A stretch of DNA of 64,000 nt from Candidatus Uhrbacteria bacterium GW2011_GWC2_41_11 (GTDB taxonomy: Bacteria > Patescibacteriota > Patescibacteriia > UBA9934 > GWF2-40-263). The position numbers and the translations under genes are program-made. The DNA lies in NCBI GenBank assembly GCA_000996355.1, contig LCAH01000003.1:4228-68227 (forward strand), written 5' to 3'. The notes under the pieces were generated by a model. That model made no database searches. It had not been told where the DNA came from and saw only the letters and a program-made list of their open reading frames with translations. Shown here one piece after another: positions 62,877 to 64,000 of the stretch (positions are counted from its first letter, which is position 1; the number at the start of each line of letters is the position of its first letter).

Positions 62877-63824
62877 ATGAAGTGGGGTCTTTGGGGAATA
62901 GGAATAGGTCTGATTTGGCAATTTTTCCTTTTTGTTTCGACTGGTTCTGCCTTTGCCATATCTCCTGCCATCATTGAGTTAAAAAGTTCTCGCGGGGAAA
63001 TTATTCAAGACCATGTCACTGTTGTAAATTCGGAAAATCGTTCGCAATCCTTTTATTTTTCAAGCATTGCATTCTCATCTGATGGAGAAACAGGAACTCC
63101 GAGGTTTGCATCCAGTGATGAAAAAAAAGAAGGATTGCCTGCATGGATCGCTTTTCCATATCCATCTATCACGATTCCGGCGAATACAAAACTTGATGTT
63201 CCTTTTATCATTAACATTCCGACTGATATCCAGGCTGGATCACATACAGCCGCCATTGTGGTCTCGGATGCACCTTCTGAAGTCGTTGCAACCAATCAGG
63301 CGACAATTCAGGTTAAAACAGCAGCACTCATTTTTCTAACAATCTCAGGAAAAACTATCGAATCAGCCGCTCTCCTCGATTTCAACATATCTTCCGTTGA
63401 TTCTTCACACCTAACAGGAACTTGGAAAGCACGGATTCAAAATCAAGGAAATGTTTATATCCTCCCTGGAGGAACACTGAACTTCTACGACATATTTGGA
63501 CGCAAATTGGTTTCTACGAATATAAACTCGGATAAAGGTCGTATTCTTCCTGGAACAACGCGCACATTTTCTGGAACATTTGAGATCGTATCAAAATCCA
63601 CATTTTTGAAAACGGTCATGAATCAATTAAAGACATTCGCCATTGGACCTATCACGGCACGATTCGAAATATCCTATGGAGAAACATCACAGCTATTGGA
63701 AACAAAAACGCTTTTCTGGGTCTGGCCATGGGAACTCATTTTCATTCTTGTCGTCTTCCTTGGAATAGATTTTCTTGTATCGACTTACTTCCTCAAACAC
63801 TTACGTCGAAAACAACAAATATAA
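62877..63824 (+). CDS. cell-surface protein with N-terminal signal, beta-sandwich-like domain and C-terminal TM anchor (DUF916/DUF3324-like architecture)
   Basis: Signal peptide. C-terminal FWVWPWELIFILVVFLGIDFLV plus a KHLRRKQQI tail. The architecture resembles the anchoring partner of WxL-type surface clusters. Confidence 0.4.
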   Translation: MKWGLWGIGIGLIWQFFLFVSTGSAFAISPAIIELKSSRGEIIQDHVTVVNSENRSQSFYFSSIAFSSDGETGTPRFASSDEKKEGLPAWIAFPYPSITIPANTKLDVPFIINIPTDIQAGSHTAAIVVSDAPSEVVATNQATIQVKTAALIFLTISGKTIESAALLDFNISSVDSSHLTGTWKARIQNQGNVYILPGGTLNFYDIFGRKLVSTNINSDKGRILPGTTRTFSGTFEIVSKSTFLKTVMNQLKTFAIGPITARFEISYGETSQLLETKTLFWVWPWELIFILVVFLGIDFLVSTYFLKHLRRKQQI

Positions 63825-63829
63825 AATCA

Positions 63830-64000
63830 AATATCTGTGTGGCCATTCCGCGAAATTTCATCTGGAACGTCGTATCAATCACGGTCATAGCAACCGCGCT
63901 TGTTGCGGCTGTTTCAGGTAAAGCAGCCACGGTTACGTCCGCTAATGACAGACCAACAAGTCTGGAAACAGGTGCGGACGCAAACCACACAATGTTCTTT
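63830..64000. other. GC-rich segment at window edge with open frames on both strands (partial gene, strand unresolved)
   Basis: Composition switches to >50% GC after 63825. The plus frame (GTG 63841) encodes a TM-like VVSITVIATALVAAVSG. The minus ORF 63793..63990 is also open. Confidence 0.2.

Overview
This 64-kb window comes from a low-GC bacterial chromosome (most genes about 33-42% GC). Compact gene spacing, Shine-Dalgarno sites (AGGAGG) complementary to the 16S 3' end, and long intact ORFs indicate the standard genetic code. Several genes have an archaeal flavour: two TrmB-type regulators, a RIO-type kinase, a presenilin/SPP-like intramembrane protease, and a Trm11-like THUMP methyltransferase. 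Together with a 16S that is not followed by a 23S and has variant universal-primer sites, this suggests a CPR/Patescibacteria-like organism; that is my inference, not a computed result.

The housekeeping backbone contains rpoB-rpoC, recA, polA, holA, ftsK, a short SMC, clpP, nrnA-like DHH, ruvC-yebC, efp-epmA, rpsF-ssb-rpsR, rpsP, trmD, a KH protein, rpsT, rmuC, xerC/D, a sigma-70 factor, rluD-like, hsp20 and VanW. There is one 16S rRNA and 12 tRNAs, among them an unusual tRNA-Ile(UAU) and two near-identical-architecture tRNA-Arg genes.

The accessory or anomalous content is as follows.
- A tRNA-Arg-adjacent variable region (45.5-48.7 kb) holds an unknown 221-aa protein, a nucleoside-deoxyribosyltransferase/DNPH1-like + Nudix fusion protein, and a strikingly GC-rich (about 60%) gene driven by a consensus sigma70 promoter.
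- A GC-rich islet holds a RIO kinase and a frameshifted class-II Fic gene, next to two tandem paralogous zinc-ribbon mini-proteins.
- An IS200-type tnpA lies between imperfect hairpin ends.
- A Nudix-like pseudogene sits between tRNA genes.
- An MgtC-family gene lies inside the 16S-tRNA-Ile-tRNA-Phe transcription unit.
- rpoB has a long structured leader with a promoter and an attenuator-like terminator.
- A 117-bp MITE-like long inverted repeat sits between vanW and clpP.
- There are several orphan secreted or membrane proteins.

The partial ORF at the left edge (1..1009, minus strand) is absent from the ORF track because it lacks an in-window stop. All coordinates that I derived by hand are approximate to +/-2 nt.
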